Shown in pieces: positions 1 to 10,544 of a stretch of 51,935 bases of DNA. The notes below the pieces were generated by a model. The model was not told where the DNA came from, made no database searches, and was given only the letters and a program-made list of their open reading frames with translations. How positions within the stretch are numbered: position 1 is the stretch's first letter; every line of letters begins with the position of its first letter. This DNA is from a bacterium (GTDB lineage Bacteria > SZUA-182 > DTGQ01 > JAFGSM01): positions 1 to 51,935 of the forward strand of contig JBLIRO010000035.1 of the NCBI GenBank assembly GCA_049472335.1, in the 5' to 3' direction. The translations under genes were made by a program, and so were the position numbers.

Positions 1-900
1 AAGGAATTCATAACCGAAACAAGAAAAATCCCGGTCTTTGAAACAGGTAGAGTCGTCCGGGTCGTTACGGTTATAAGGGACATTACCAAACAAAAAAAAG
101 CTGAAAGGATTTTAAAGAGAGACAAAGAAACTTTTGAGAGGCTTGTCAATGAAAAAACAGAGGAATTAGTAAAGATTCAAAGAAAATTATCGGACGCCAA
201 ACGGCTTTCAGATATTGGCTTGCTTGCAGCTACAGTTGCCCATGAGTTGCGGAGTCCATTAGCGGTTATAAGAATGGGATGCTTCAACATAAGGCAGAAA
301 AGGCTCAATCCCTCCATTGATAAAAACCTTGATAATATAGAAATCCGATTATCAGACTGCAATCAGATTATCAAAAACCTTCTATTCTATTCCCGTATAA
401 AGATGCCTCATTTTGAAAATATAGATATCTCTCTTGTTCTTGAAGAATGTATCTGTGATTTAAGCGAGGGATTAAACAGAAAGAGGGGAACTATACATAA
501 AAATTGGGCCGTACATCTACCATTCTTTATAGAGGCTGATCGTCTTCAGATTAAGGAGCTATTTATCAACATACTCAACAATGCTTACGATGCCGTCAAA
601 GAACAAACTGGCGAAATAGAAGTAGATTTAGGTTCCAATGCAAACGGGTTCATCAAAATATCTTTTAAAGATAACGGTTCAGGATTAAACGAAAAGGATT
701 TAAAGATGGTTTATGAACCCTTTTTTACCACAAAATCCAATGGAACCGGCCTGGGCCTTACCATATGTTTGCAAATAGTCAAGCTTCACGACGGACATAT
801 CGATATCTTAAGCAAAAAGGACAAAGGAACGACCGTTATAGTCTATTTGCCTATAAAACATAAAATTTTTGATAGAAAGGTTTTAGAGGAGCAGAAGTAG
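1..900 (+). CDS. PAS/PAC sensor histidine kinase (5'-truncated by window edge)
   Basis: The frame is open from base 1 (KEFITETRKIPVF...VIRDITKQKKAE, a PAC-type motif). H-box AHELRSPL, N-box NILNNAYDA, G1 DNGSG, F-box EPFFTTK, G2 GTGLGL. Confidence 0.93.
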   Translation, partial: KEFITETRKIPVFETGRVVRVVTVIRDITKQKKAERILKRDKETFERLVNEKTEELVKIQRKLSDAKRLSDIGLLAATVAHELRSPLAVIRMGCFNIRQKRLNPSIDKNLDNIEIRLSDCNQIIKNLLFYSRIKMPHFENIDISLVLEECICDLSEGLNRKRGTIHKNWAVHLPFFIEADRLQIKELFINILNNAYDAVKEQTGEIEVDLGSNANGFIKISFKDNGSGLNEKDLKMVYEPFFTTKSNGTGLGLTICLQIVKLHDGHIDILSKKDKGTTVIVYLPIKHKIFDRKVLEEQK

Positions 901-1284
901 ATGGATGGAAAAAAACTAATGATTGTGGATGACGATAAGGATTTTTTGGAAGAGCTTCGGGAAACTCTCTTTCTAGAAGGCTATTATTCCATAGTGATAA
1001 ATGATAGCACTACTGTTCTTGAACTTGCATCTACTTCAAAGCCGGATGTGATATTGCTTGATCTGAATATGGATGGAATGAGTGGATTCCGTATAGCTCA
1101 ATCACTCAAAAAATGTCCTTTGACTTCAGAGATTCCAATTATTGCAATGACTGGTGTTTTCACCGGGAAAAATCATTTCTCACTCATGGATTTATGCGGA
1201 ATAAAAATATGTCTTGAAAAACCATTCAATCCGCAGGATTTGATTTTATTATTAAAAAAGGAGATAGCCAAAAGGGGTTCATAA
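901..1284 (+). CDS. Single-domain CheY-like response regulator
   Basis: IVDDD, LLDLNM (phosphoacceptor D), AMTG, EKPF; starts immediately after the kinase stop codon. Confidence 0.93.
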   Translation: MDGKKLMIVDDDKDFLEELRETLFLEGYYSIVINDSTTVLELASTSKPDVILLDLNMDGMSGFRIAQSLKKCPLTSEIPIIAMTGVFTGKNHFSLMDLCGIKICLEKPFNPQDLILLLKKEIAKRGS

Positions 1285-1394
1285 AAGTATCTTCCGAAGA
1301 AGAATTCGACGAGAGATCATTCCGCGACAGTCCTTCAGAATATAAATAATTCATAACTGGATTTTGAGCAGGGATTGACTAATATCTATGGATT
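1261..1394. repeat. Diverged direct copy of 2366-2499 (3' coding end of the TSP3 gene)
   Basis: Ungapped manual alignment gives 113/134 identical bases. The minus strand reads IHRY*SIPAQNPVMNYLYSEGLSRNDLSSNSSSEDTFMNPFWLS versus IHGYWPIPVQNPIMNYLYSEGLYRNDLFSNSSSGDSFMYPFWIS. Confidence 0.92.
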
Positions 1395-1539
1395 CCTTTT
1401 TTTATTTTTTACCTATTAATTTTATTAGAAAATAATTGCCAATATTTTTCATGACAAAATTTGACTCGGGCTATCAGTGTTCCCCATAAGCAAAATTTAT
1501 CCAAATTTATTCTTAAAGAGTGATGGGTCATGGAGGATT

Positions 1540-1871
1540 TTACAAAGATAACCATATCGCCGATAGCATCTCTATAATCTCCTCTATAGTCTTCTCTTCT
1601 ATATTTTGGTGTATTTCCGGATTTTCCAGTGGATGTAAAGCCAACTCCGTGTATTATCATAATCTATACCCCAGATCCTTCTATCATTCTCAATAAGTGC
1701 AAAGGCTATAGTCCCTGTAATCCCATTGAAATATATTTGCAGGAAACAATTTTTCTTTAGGATAGCACGACCTTTAAGAATAAAAACTTCTGTTTGTATA
1801 TCCACCTTTTCAACAAAGTCAATTTCAGAAAGGCTTCTTAGTAATATAAGAAGGAATTGACTCAAATCCAT
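1540..1871 (-). pseudogene. Putative TA toxin (DUF6516/TumE-like), frameshifted
   Basis: RIWGIDYDNTRSW is followed by a frame slip near 1639. Restoring one base gives WHLHPLENPEIHQNIEEKTIEEIIEMLSAIWLSL* (stop at 1540-1542). The gene overlaps the upstream small gene. Confidence 0.65.
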
Positions 1872-2167
1872 TGGCTTTTGATTTCTTCATAATGTTTTTT
1901 TAAAGTCTCAGCTTCTTCCCATTTCCAGAAATCTTGTTCCACTTCAAAGGAATAAATATCTTTGTTTAGTCTTCCATCTTTCATTCTCTTTTTGAAATCT
2001 TCAAAGTTCATATCCCATTTTTCCCGAAATTTATCAATAATCTCTTGTAATGTATTTAACTTTAACTCTAAATATTCAGAAATAATCTTGTGTAAAGCAT
2101 CATCTAAATCCTTTGAATGTGTTGTCTTAACTAAGATTTCGCCAATCTTTGCTGACAAGACAGACAT
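1862..2167 (-). CDS. Putative antitoxin (small charged helical protein)
   Basis: 101 aa; the KFREKWDMNFEDF...EQDFWKWE pattern is typical of small TA-associated proteins; RBS AGGAGG; overlaps the downstream toxin-like gene. Confidence 0.6.
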   Translation of the reverse strand: MSVLSAKIGEILVKTTHSKDLDDALHKIISEYLELKLNTLQEIIDKFREKWDMNFEDFKKRMKDGRLNKDIYSFEVEQDFWKWEEAETLKKHYEEIKSQWI

Positions 2168-2250
2168 CTTATTATACCTCCTGAGGTAATTTAATAACTT
2201 TCATGTAAGGAATAACCTCTGATTGTGATAGAACTTGCCTTTGTGGTTAA

Positions 2251-2280
2251 AGTATAGGCAGAAATTTCAATTTTTGTCAA
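2251..2280 (-). promoter_or_regulatory. Sigma70-type promoter for the TA-like operon
   Basis: TTGACA-18 bp-TATACT on the minus strand. Confidence 0.6.
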
Positions 2281-2333
2281 GACAAATTTTTCAAACAAAT
2301 TTTCAAAAGAATTTAGCAGAAGGTGAAATATTA

Positions 2334-4994
2334 TTAATATTGAATATGTAACTTAGTGATAAGAGGAGATATCCAAAAGGGATACATAAAAGAATCTCCC
2401 GAAGACGAATTGGAAAAGAGATCATTCCTGTACAGTCCTTCAGAATACAAATAATTCATAATGGGATTTTGCACAGGGATTGGCCAATAACCATGGATTG
2501 CGTAACTTCCCGAAAAAGGAAAAAGATATGGGATTTGAAAATTGTCTGAAAACTTACCCGTATTAAGGTTTGGTCTGTATCCTGAAAAGATATTGGGCAT
2601 AAATCCAAAGAAATTAGATACCCGGGGCCAAAATCGATTATAAGGAAAACAGGCCCCGTCCTGACTATTGTCCGGCGTGTCCGGGGTGCTATCACAGGCA
2701 TCACCTATATTATTTCCATTTGTATCTGCCTGATCGGGATTAAAGATATCAGGGCAGTTATCAACATCACCGCACAAATCATCACCATCTATATCATTGT
2801 TAATATCATTTGGACATAGGTCGCAGATATCCCCTATTCCATCCTGATCAATGTCCGCCTGGCCGGGATTGGGATCTTCCGGGCAATTATCCAATGAATC
2901 ATAAATCAGGTCACCATCAAGGTCCGACCTGGATACGCACATGATTTTTATTTCACCAAAGGCAGTGCCGCCCATTTCATCAGAAACATTTATTCCTATA
3001 TCTAAAGTCTTTTCAGACTGAGGGGTAAACTGAATAACACCAGTGGTTCTGAAATCACAATAATCAAAATCATCCATTAATTCACTAAAAACATCACACC
3101 CACACCAGGCAGTATGAATATGAGTTAAAGGAACCATTTGCCCGTCTAATGTTATTGAATGAATCCCCCAAATAAGCTCGTCCATATCGGTTCTAAAATC
3201 TTCGGAAACAGGGAATCCCCGAGGGTGTTCGCACTCACTGCAAGTTGAAGACATGGAGAATATAAAGCAATCAGGATCAATGAAATTCACCTGGGTTTTT
3301 CCGGCTTCCCCCACAAAAAAGATTAAATCCTCTACAGGCAACTGAAGTACGGGCGAGTGATTCTCCACAGGATACTGAACCACATTGATTGGAAATCTTC
3401 TTATATCATAATTGATGCCATCAGTTACCTCAATAGTCACAATCTGTTCTTCAAAATACTGGGGTGTGTAATCAATTACGGCAATATTGGGCCATATTGT
3501 TATGCCCGCGTTCCACAGAGCCCCTTCCAGAGAATAAACAAGTTCGGATTGATAATATGGTTTACCCAGGGCGGCAATGACATCTAAGACATTATAGTGT
3601 GCAGGAAGATAGGTTGGCATACCGTCATACGGATAAACCGGGAATGGCTGGATGAGAAAGCAATAAATACGATCTCCACTGATTGTGGCGTTAAAGCCAA
3701 GGGATCCCTGGTCGATAATTCTTTTGGCTATGGAGCCACCTACTCTCATTTCCGGATCGGCAAAGATGGGCAGATTCAGATCAACTGTGAAGTCCCTCCC
3801 AAAGAGGGCTTTAAGGTTCGGATCCGATTCTTTCCCGAATTTGTCAGGATCAGCACCTAAATCTGTCCAGTATTTCACAACCGGATCATTCGGATCATTG
3901 GGGTCCTGAACAAGGAGAAAGTTATCAGGATTAAGCATTATTTCGTTAATTTGTGAGCATCCATGGGTATTTCCGTTGATATCATGGACTGTAATGTCCA
4001 GGCCTTCATAATCAGCAATAAAAAGGAACCTGTAGGGTTTAAAGATTTGGACATATAATGGCCCCATCTCAAAAAGATCAGGATTGCTAAGCTTAGAGGA
4101 GTAATTTCTTTCTGACCTGAAAAATATATCATCAATGCGGAAATTATAAGAGCTGATTATAATATGGGTAGCCTGATCCATATACCAGTCTTCCTTGCAT
4201 TCTAAATCATCATGATAATCAACATAATGATCAACGGCTTCCTTTATTATCCGGGAAACATCAACCCACACATCATGCCAAAAATTATCCACTATTTCAT
4301 CAAGAACATAGACCGTAACCAATAAAGATTCTTGATAAATTACAGTCACATTCTCTGAATAGCTCGCGTTTTTTTTGTCAATTTTAATAAAGGGAGAATA
4401 TTGATGAGAATTAAGCGTTTCTTTAGGCGGCTTATTAAAAATGATTTTAAGTGTTATTATACAGTCTGATTTCGTAAAACCTCCGACATAAAATTCAAAT
4501 ACTTTCGGCGCTTCAGTGGATCTATAATAAAAAGATGCTATAGGATACGTATCAAGGCTGATATGATCAATAGCAGAATCCGGCCCCTGTGTCGAAGGAG
4601 TAAAGAGGTCATAAGTAAATCGTTTTTTTTCATAAGGCGTGCCAAGCAAAAATACCGATTCAGGATAATACCCATCAAGCACCCAGCTTCCTTTTAGAGA
4701 ATCAAAAATCGGGATTATTCCGGGCGGCCAAATATTCATCACACCCCATCCCTGGCTCCATCCATGATTGTGTATGGTATCCGTATATTCAAAGTCCTCT
4801 ATCAGGATGTCACCTTCTATTATGGTTGATCTTTTTGAAACAGGCGGGTTATTTGACGGAAAATATGGATATGGTGGGAATCCAAAACCCACCTGTGCCA
4901 TGGCAGCATTTGAAATGAAAATTGTTAAAGATATAATTAGAATTATGCAGGCCATCAAGCCTTTTAAGGAGCGGCTCATACTCCGGCACTCCAT
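2334..4994 (-). CDS. Secreted protein with thrombospondin type-3 (Ca-binding) repeats
   Basis: Signal peptide ending AAMA; DLDGDLIYDSLDNCP, DIDQDGIGDICDLCP, DIDGDDLCGDVDNCP and DTNGNNIGDACD repeats; aromatic/Pro-rich tail. Confidence 0.85.
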   Translation of the reverse strand: MECRSMSRSLKGLMACIILIISLTIFISNAAMAQVGFGFPPYPYFPSNNPPVSKRSTIIEGDILIEDFEYTDTIHNHGWSQGWGVMNIWPPGIIPIFDSLKGSWVLDGYYPESVFLLGTPYEKKRFTYDLFTPSTQGPDSAIDHISLDTYPIASFYYRSTEAPKVFEFYVGGFTKSDCIITLKIIFNKPPKETLNSHQYSPFIKIDKKNASYSENVTVIYQESLLVTVYVLDEIVDNFWHDVWVDVSRIIKEAVDHYVDYHDDLECKEDWYMDQATHIIISSYNFRIDDIFFRSERNYSSKLSNPDLFEMGPLYVQIFKPYRFLFIADYEGLDITVHDINGNTHGCSQINEIMLNPDNFLLVQDPNDPNDPVVKYWTDLGADPDKFGKESDPNLKALFGRDFTVDLNLPIFADPEMRVGGSIAKRIIDQGSLGFNATISGDRIYCFLIQPFPVYPYDGMPTYLPAHYNVLDVIAALGKPYYQSELVYSLEGALWNAGITIWPNIAVIDYTPQYFEEQIVTIEVTDGINYDIRRFPINVVQYPVENHSPVLQLPVEDLIFFVGEAGKTQVNFIDPDCFIFSMSSTCSECEHPRGFPVSEDFRTDMDELIWGIHSITLDGQMVPLTHIHTAWCGCDVFSELMDDFDYCDFRTTGVIQFTPQSEKTLDIGINVSDEMGGTAFGEIKIMCVSRSDLDGDLIYDSLDNCPEDPNPGQADIDQDGIGDICDLCPNDINNDIDGDDLCGDVDNCPDIFNPDQADTNGNNIGDACDSTPDTPDNSQDGACFPYNRFWPRVSNFFGFMPNIFSGYRPNLNTGKFSDNFQIPYLFPFSGSYAIHGYWPIPVQNPIMNYLYSEGLYRNDLFSNSSSGDSFMYPFWISPLITKLHIQY

Positions 4995-5053
4995 TTAAAG
5001 ATTTGATATGTTATTTTTTATATAATCTATATTACCATAAATCACAAAAAAGA

Positions 5054-5082
5054 ACAACTTTTTGTACAACTTTTTGTACAAC
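5054..5082. repeat. 12-bp tandem repeat ACAACTTTTTGT (about 2.4 copies)
   Basis: Seen directly, upstream of the TSP3 gene. Confidence 0.7.
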
Positions 5083-5125
5083 ATGAGCTTGGTCAGCTTA
5101 TGAAATAAAAATAAAAATCAGAGTG

Positions 5126-8100
5126 TTAAGGCTGAAACCCCTTGTAATATATCTCGCTTGCGTTCGTGTGTCTTGAATCCTCCCATACAATATGAACGGT
5201 GCTTCCCGTTATCCCGATTTTGGACGGATAAGCGGGTGAAGCGGTAGGAATGGTCACCAAAGGTATATCAGGAGACCAGGACTGGCCATTGTCCGTTGAA
5301 TGGATATAGTGAATACCCCATTGTCCGGGAGCAGGCACCTGCTCGGAATACCTGGTTAAATAAACCGTATTTTGATTTACCGCTATGAACGGAATATGAT
5401 CCAGGACTGCATTATTCGTGAGTCTTGCATCCGGCTCCCAGGTGTCACCGTTATTCACAGACCTCTTGTAATATACCTCTTTATTCCCGTCCCTGTCATC
5501 GATCCATGCAAGGTGCAGATTTGTGCCGCTCACCGCAATCTGACTCATCCCCGTTCCCCCGGGATCATTAGTAAGGCGGGAGTCGGAAGACCATGTTGCC
5601 CCACAGTCTACGGATCTTTTATAGTATATCTCATAATTATTTGCTATCCGGTCATCCGCCCATACAACGTGGACATTATTATTGTCTGATGCAACAGAAA
5701 CCCCGCTCATGTGTAAGAAATCCCCACTGAGCTTTATAGGACTTGCCAACCACGAGGTGCCATTATCTGTGCTCTTATCAAGATAGAGGGCAAAATTATA
5801 TACCACAGGGCCCGGCCCCGGTTGAGAATTATCTATCGATAATATGTATGGCATATAAACATTATTCCCACTTGCATCAATATCAAACTCAGTTACTGTC
5901 TTGCCAAAAGGTCCCGGCCCGGATTGGGGAGAATAATTGGTCAACTGTTTGGCAAAACCCCAGGAAAAACCATTGTCCGCGCTATGCATATAAATAATAT
6001 TCCCTGAGGGATTGGATTGTGAATTAACAGTCCAGACTATATGTACATGATTTCCTGATAGGGCCATACGTGGCCTGGAACAGCTGGAAGATGTGGTATA
6101 ATGGGAAAGGTTTCTCGTCCAGCCAATATTTCCCAGGCCGTCATCCCATGTCTGGCCGCCATTCGTGCTGCGCATATATCTTATCGTATAGTAATTATAT
6201 AATCCTCCTGCCTGGCCGGTAAAAACAATCTCGGTCCATACTATATGGATGTTGTTACCGCTGGTCCCTATATCACCTATCCAGTTGGCCATGGTTGTGG
6301 AAGGCAAAGGCGTTGAAGTGGTCAGCCTGGTATCGGAGCCTGCAAGACCTGTAACGGTTAGGGTGTCACTTGCACTTGCAACTGTGTTATTTACGGAATT
6401 GAAGGCCCTCGTTTCAATGGTGTGCATAAGGCCTGAAGGGCTCCCGGGGAGGTAAATGGTAAAGGTAAATTGCTCGGTATGGCTGTCAAATGCCCCGTCA
6501 AGGGCCTGGGCGCCGGGTATCCATGATCCCCCATCTATACGATATTCCACCTTGGTAATTGTATTAAGGGTGATGTCTTTTCCCGAATCCTGCGGATTGA
6601 GGTTGGTTTGGGGATTGACCTCAGCCAGGCCCGAATATGTAACAAAAGGAGATGTGGTCGGGTCAGGCAGATATGGGTTCAGGGTCGCTGACGGAAAGGT
6701 ATCCAGGATATCGGGGATGGAGTTATGATTATTATCCCGCCATCCTACCTGGTTTATAGTCCCGAGAGAAAGGCTCAATAGATTGTTATCCATAAGGCAA
6801 TTGGACCCCTCTGTATCGGGGGCGTTAAGAAAACCGCTATTTTCGGTTATACCGTTATATTCATCGGTGGCATAAAAGATGTGCCCTGTTTCATGGGCGC
6901 ACACACTGTTCATTGCGCCTATGCCCCATCCGTCATTATCATATGTCATAATCATGAATGGGCCCCCCAGGAAGGCATATGCGGATGAAGGCAACCATCC
7001 TACAGGCGTTGGCATTGGTGGCGGGTCCGCAAAGCATCCGTCAGTGTCATTGGAGCTGTCTATGACAAAAACGACAAAGGCCCAATCCGTACCCATCTGA
7101 GCACGAAAATTATTGAGATATTGACGCACATTGATAATGGGGTCTGCGAAGGCGGTAAAACCGAGAAAGGCATTCGCCTCGGCTATCCATTGAAAATGTC
7201 CGTTCATCCTGGCCAAAGAAGAGGTTATCCCCGGCCCGTTTATGGGTTCATTGATAGTGGGTATGGGATTATTGAGATGTGTCCAATCAAATATGAAATT
7301 AGGTTTAGCAGAGGCAGGCAGGCTAAATCCCTGGGAATTAAATCTGCCTTGCCACCAGTTGAGGGCCTCTTGTATCTCAGCCTGTACATTGGATCTCTCG
7401 GCAGCGGACCAATCTTCCATACTGGCAGGGCCTGCGCTTTCCATAAGGATAACCTTTACCGCCACGGTTCCCATCATATACTCACTGGTATCGGAAAAAC
7501 CGGGCGGCACATAAGAATGATGCGAAGGAGGTCGATAATTAATGATTGAATTCCAGTCTATCAACCTATCCCCTCTTAAGGGATTATCTGTATTTGCACA
7601 GGCGGCCGTTTGAGCGCCCGAGAGTCCAAAATCTCCATTACCGGTTAAAAGCTGCATGAGATATAATCCATCAAAGGTATAGTTATAATCATTACCCTGG
7701 GGAATTACCGTAACCGTAATATTTGTTTGATTGGTTTGCCTGTCATAGGTCATAACAACATTAAAATAATCCTGGACATAAATGATCATGTGCAACAGCT
7801 TTAACAGGCCTGTACCAACATCAAGCTCAAATTCAGCTCTGTAAAGATTGTTAACCGGGACAATACCCTCTGAGTCATTGTACCGGATCTCCGTTATCTT
7901 TGATTGTACCCAGTTGCCCGGATCCGATCCGTTATCGAATTCCACATCCAGGGATAATCTATTCCCTGATTCGTCCGCTGTAGTAAATGTCTTGTTTATT
8001 ATATTTCCCGGTCCTTCAGATCGGGATGATTCGGCAAGTGTTATATTTAGGTCCTTATTATCAATGGAAAAAATCTCTATTTCATTAGTTATAAGATTGA

Positions 8101-8983
8101 AATCAAAAATTGCTTCCGGCGGTTTGGTATCAACGATCACTTCCCTTAAAATCGTATAAACCCTGAAAATGAGATCATGAATAATTGGTCCATCCGGGCA
8201 GACCCGGACCTCATTGATGAATCCCTTTAAAAGATCAATGGCAGTTGAATTGTCTCCAAGATCATACGCATCGGAGGCTGACTCAACCATGGTTTTAAGA
8301 TCGGCCTTCAGCCCCTCAGGTAAAGAAGAAGCATCAATAAGGGCCAGGAGATCATCAAAGCCCGGAGGCATCTCTATGCTCTCAATAATTACCTTAGCCG
8401 GACCACTGACAGATATCCAATACCCCTTTCCTCTCTCCAGATTATCTCCTTCCAGGACCCTGACCCTTTCATATCCTGTTCCCTGGACATAGCCATAAAT
8501 AACCACTATATTTCCGGCACCGCTTTCAATAGAGGGCAAAGCAGGGGATGTGCATCCTCCTATCATCCGCCATCCCGATTCATCAACATCAAGGAAATAG
8601 TCTCTTATCGATTGACCGGTAAGGACAAATTCCCTAGCCTCTTCCAATAATATCCAGTATCCCTTTCCCACCTCCAGGGTTTCGTTATTAGTCACCCGCA
8701 CATAGCCTGTTTCTCTATCAAAACCATAGATTACCCTGGCCCCCGGGAATACTATCGAAGCTGTGGGATTTAACGGTAGAACCGGAAGAGAGATCATGCT
8801 CCAGCCAGGGGGGAGGTCCATATTAATGTTAGTCATTGGACCTAAGGTCGGAAATCCTTCTGACAAATTATAGCCTGTCTCAATATAGATATTGACATTT
8901 TCGCTAGCCCTTAAATTTAATGTATAACCTGATAATAAGAACAGGCATCCCATTGAGATAAAAATGGATTTTAAATACCTCAT
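5126..8983 (-). CDS. Large secreted multidomain protein: Zn-metalloprotease plus BNR/Asp-box beta-propeller
   Basis: Signal peptide; AHETGHIFYATDEY zinc motif with a downstream CLM Met-turn candidate; six Asp-boxes (STNGGQTW, SADNGFSW, STDNGTSW, SVDCGATW, SVNNGDTW, STDNGQSW); duplicated N-terminal GW.MI...GKGYWI module. Confidence 0.85.
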   Translation of the reverse strand: MRYLKSIFISMGCLFLLSGYTLNLRASENVNIYIETGYNLSEGFPTLGPMTNINMDLPPGWSMISLPVLPLNPTASIVFPGARVIYGFDRETGYVRVTNNETLEVGKGYWILLEEAREFVLTGQSIRDYFLDVDESGWRMIGGCTSPALPSIESGAGNIVVIYGYVQGTGYERVRVLEGDNLERGKGYWISVSGPAKVIIESIEMPPGFDDLLALIDASSLPEGLKADLKTMVESASDAYDLGDNSTAIDLLKGFINEVRVCPDGPIIHDLIFRVYTILREVIVDTKPPEAIFDFNLITNEIEIFSIDNKDLNITLAESSRSEGPGNIINKTFTTADESGNRLSLDVEFDNGSDPGNWVQSKITEIRYNDSEGIVPVNNLYRAEFELDVGTGLLKLLHMIIYVQDYFNVVMTYDRQTNQTNITVTVIPQGNDYNYTFDGLYLMQLLTGNGDFGLSGAQTAACANTDNPLRGDRLIDWNSIINYRPPSHHSYVPPGFSDTSEYMMGTVAVKVILMESAGPASMEDWSAAERSNVQAEIQEALNWWQGRFNSQGFSLPASAKPNFIFDWTHLNNPIPTINEPINGPGITSSLARMNGHFQWIAEANAFLGFTAFADPIINVRQYLNNFRAQMGTDWAFVVFVIDSSNDTDGCFADPPPMPTPVGWLPSSAYAFLGGPFMIMTYDNDGWGIGAMNSVCAHETGHIFYATDEYNGITENSGFLNAPDTEGSNCLMDNNLLSLSLGTINQVGWRDNNHNSIPDILDTFPSATLNPYLPDPTTSPFVTYSGLAEVNPQTNLNPQDSGKDITLNTITKVEYRIDGGSWIPGAQALDGAFDSHTEQFTFTIYLPGSPSGLMHTIETRAFNSVNNTVASASDTLTVTGLAGSDTRLTTSTPLPSTTMANWIGDIGTSGNNIHIVWTEIVFTGQAGGLYNYYTIRYMRSTNGGQTWDDGLGNIGWTRNLSHYTTSSSCSRPRMALSGNHVHIVWTVNSQSNPSGNIIYMHSADNGFSWGFAKQLTNYSPQSGPGPFGKTVTEFDIDASGNNVYMPYILSIDNSQPGPGPVVYNFALYLDKSTDNGTSWLASPIKLSGDFLHMSGVSVASDNNNVHVVWADDRIANNYEIYYKRSVDCGATWSSDSRLTNDPGGTGMSQIAVSGTNLHLAWIDDRDGNKEVYYKRSVNNGDTWEPDARLTNNAVLDHIPFIAVNQNTVYLTRYSEQVPAPGQWGIHYIHSTDNGQSWSPDIPLVTIPTASPAYPSKIGITGSTVHIVWEDSRHTNASEIYYKGFQP

Positions 8984-9293
8984 TTGAGCACCCCCTTTTT
9001 GGGCTGAATAAGTTAATTATGGCGGATATTATTCTAGATGTTATTCTATAATGATCTTTTCAGGAGTAACACATCCAGACACACACAGTTAATTTAGGCT
9101 TGATTTAATAGCTATATTACATCTATTTGCTTTACTCGATATTAATATTATAAATCAAAAATACTATATTGTTAAAATTGATCACACCCTGAGTCCTTTA
9201 CTGATAAATGATAATCCAGAAAATATTTACTCAATGAAGTTTCTTGATTTTTTTCGTCAAAAGCAGTTAATATATCAATAAAATTTCCAATCA

Positions 9294-10508
9294 ATGAGGT
9301 TTCATGCTTTGAAAGAGTCTAATCAAAATTCGGAAATAAAGTTTGCCTACTTATCTCAAGGAAAACTGTTTTTTAAAGATGGTGACAGAGAAGTTTCCCA
9401 GATAGAAAGCGAATTCGGAAACGATATAATTAAAAGATCTCTTGAAATACATCAAAGAAACGAATGGAAGACCAAAGACCAAAATACATATTTTTCCGGG
9501 GGGATACTATGGAATGTAAAAGATTTTGATCCCAAAGCTATAAGGATTCATGTTTCCGGAGTTTCAAGAAGCCCTGAAAAAGAAAAGTTGTTTTTTGTTT
9601 TACAATCAAATAATATTGGCGGGCTTTTTTTATACGATCTGTCTAAAAACAATGAAAAGCGTCTATTTCATAAAGAAAATTTTCGGGCCAGGGATCTAAA
9701 TCTACATCCTACCTTCAAATTGATAACCTGTTCACAATATTTTCAAAATGGGACTGCCAATATCATTATTATGAACGAGGATGGGCGTGATTTGCAGGCA
9801 ATTACAGAAGGTGACTCATTTGATGAAGCCCCTTCCTGGATACCCGGAAATAAAAGACAAATTGTATTTCAATCAGCCGGTGTTGCCCGAAATGAACAGG
9901 GTTATGCCATAGGAATCGGCCCTTTTACTATCCAGAAAATAGATTTGGAGAACGGAAACCTAATAACCCTATAGGAAGACAAGGCTTATGACTTTTTGCT
10001 CCCGCGTGTCAATGTATCTGGCGATCTCTTTTTTATTCGTCGTCCATACAGAATGTTAGGGCAATCCCAATATTCTCCTATAAAATTTATTGAAGATTTT
10101 TTATTGTTTCCATTTCGCTTGCTTAGGGCGATATTTCATTTCCTCAATTTCTTTTCATTGACCTACTCCCGCAAACCATTAACAACTGCCGGCGGACCAA
10201 AGATTAAAGGCATTGATCAAAAGAACCTGATTCTTAGGGGGAGGATAATCGATGCCCGGAAGGCATATGGTGAATATGAAAGGGATAAGGATGCTCCATC
10301 CCTTGTGCCTTCTTCCTGGGAGTTGGTAAAGAAAAGCGGTTCAGGTGAAGAAAGGGTGATTGCAAGGGGTGTGGTGGCTTATGACTTTGTCCCGGATGGC
10401 GGGACCATTTATACAAATGGCAGGTGTGTGTATCTTTTGGATGAAAAGGGTTCGTCAAAAACTATTTTAAAGACCAATCTTATTGAGGACCTGGCAATTA
10501 TAAATTAA
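9294..10508 (+). pseudogene. TolB-like beta-propeller protein interrupted by a single in-frame TAG
   Basis: ORFs 9294-9974 and 9996-10508 share a frame and are joined by ...ITL(TAG)EDKAYDFLLPR; PD40-like motif ITEGDSFDEAPSW. Confidence 0.75.
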
Positions 10509-10544
10509 ATTAATAAACGGAAATAAACTGGGGAATAAATAAAG

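Noticed and set aside
1409..1660. 83-aa ORF as a real gene
   Set aside because: It is an alternative frame over the frameshifted toxin; the plausible continuation is in the third frame.
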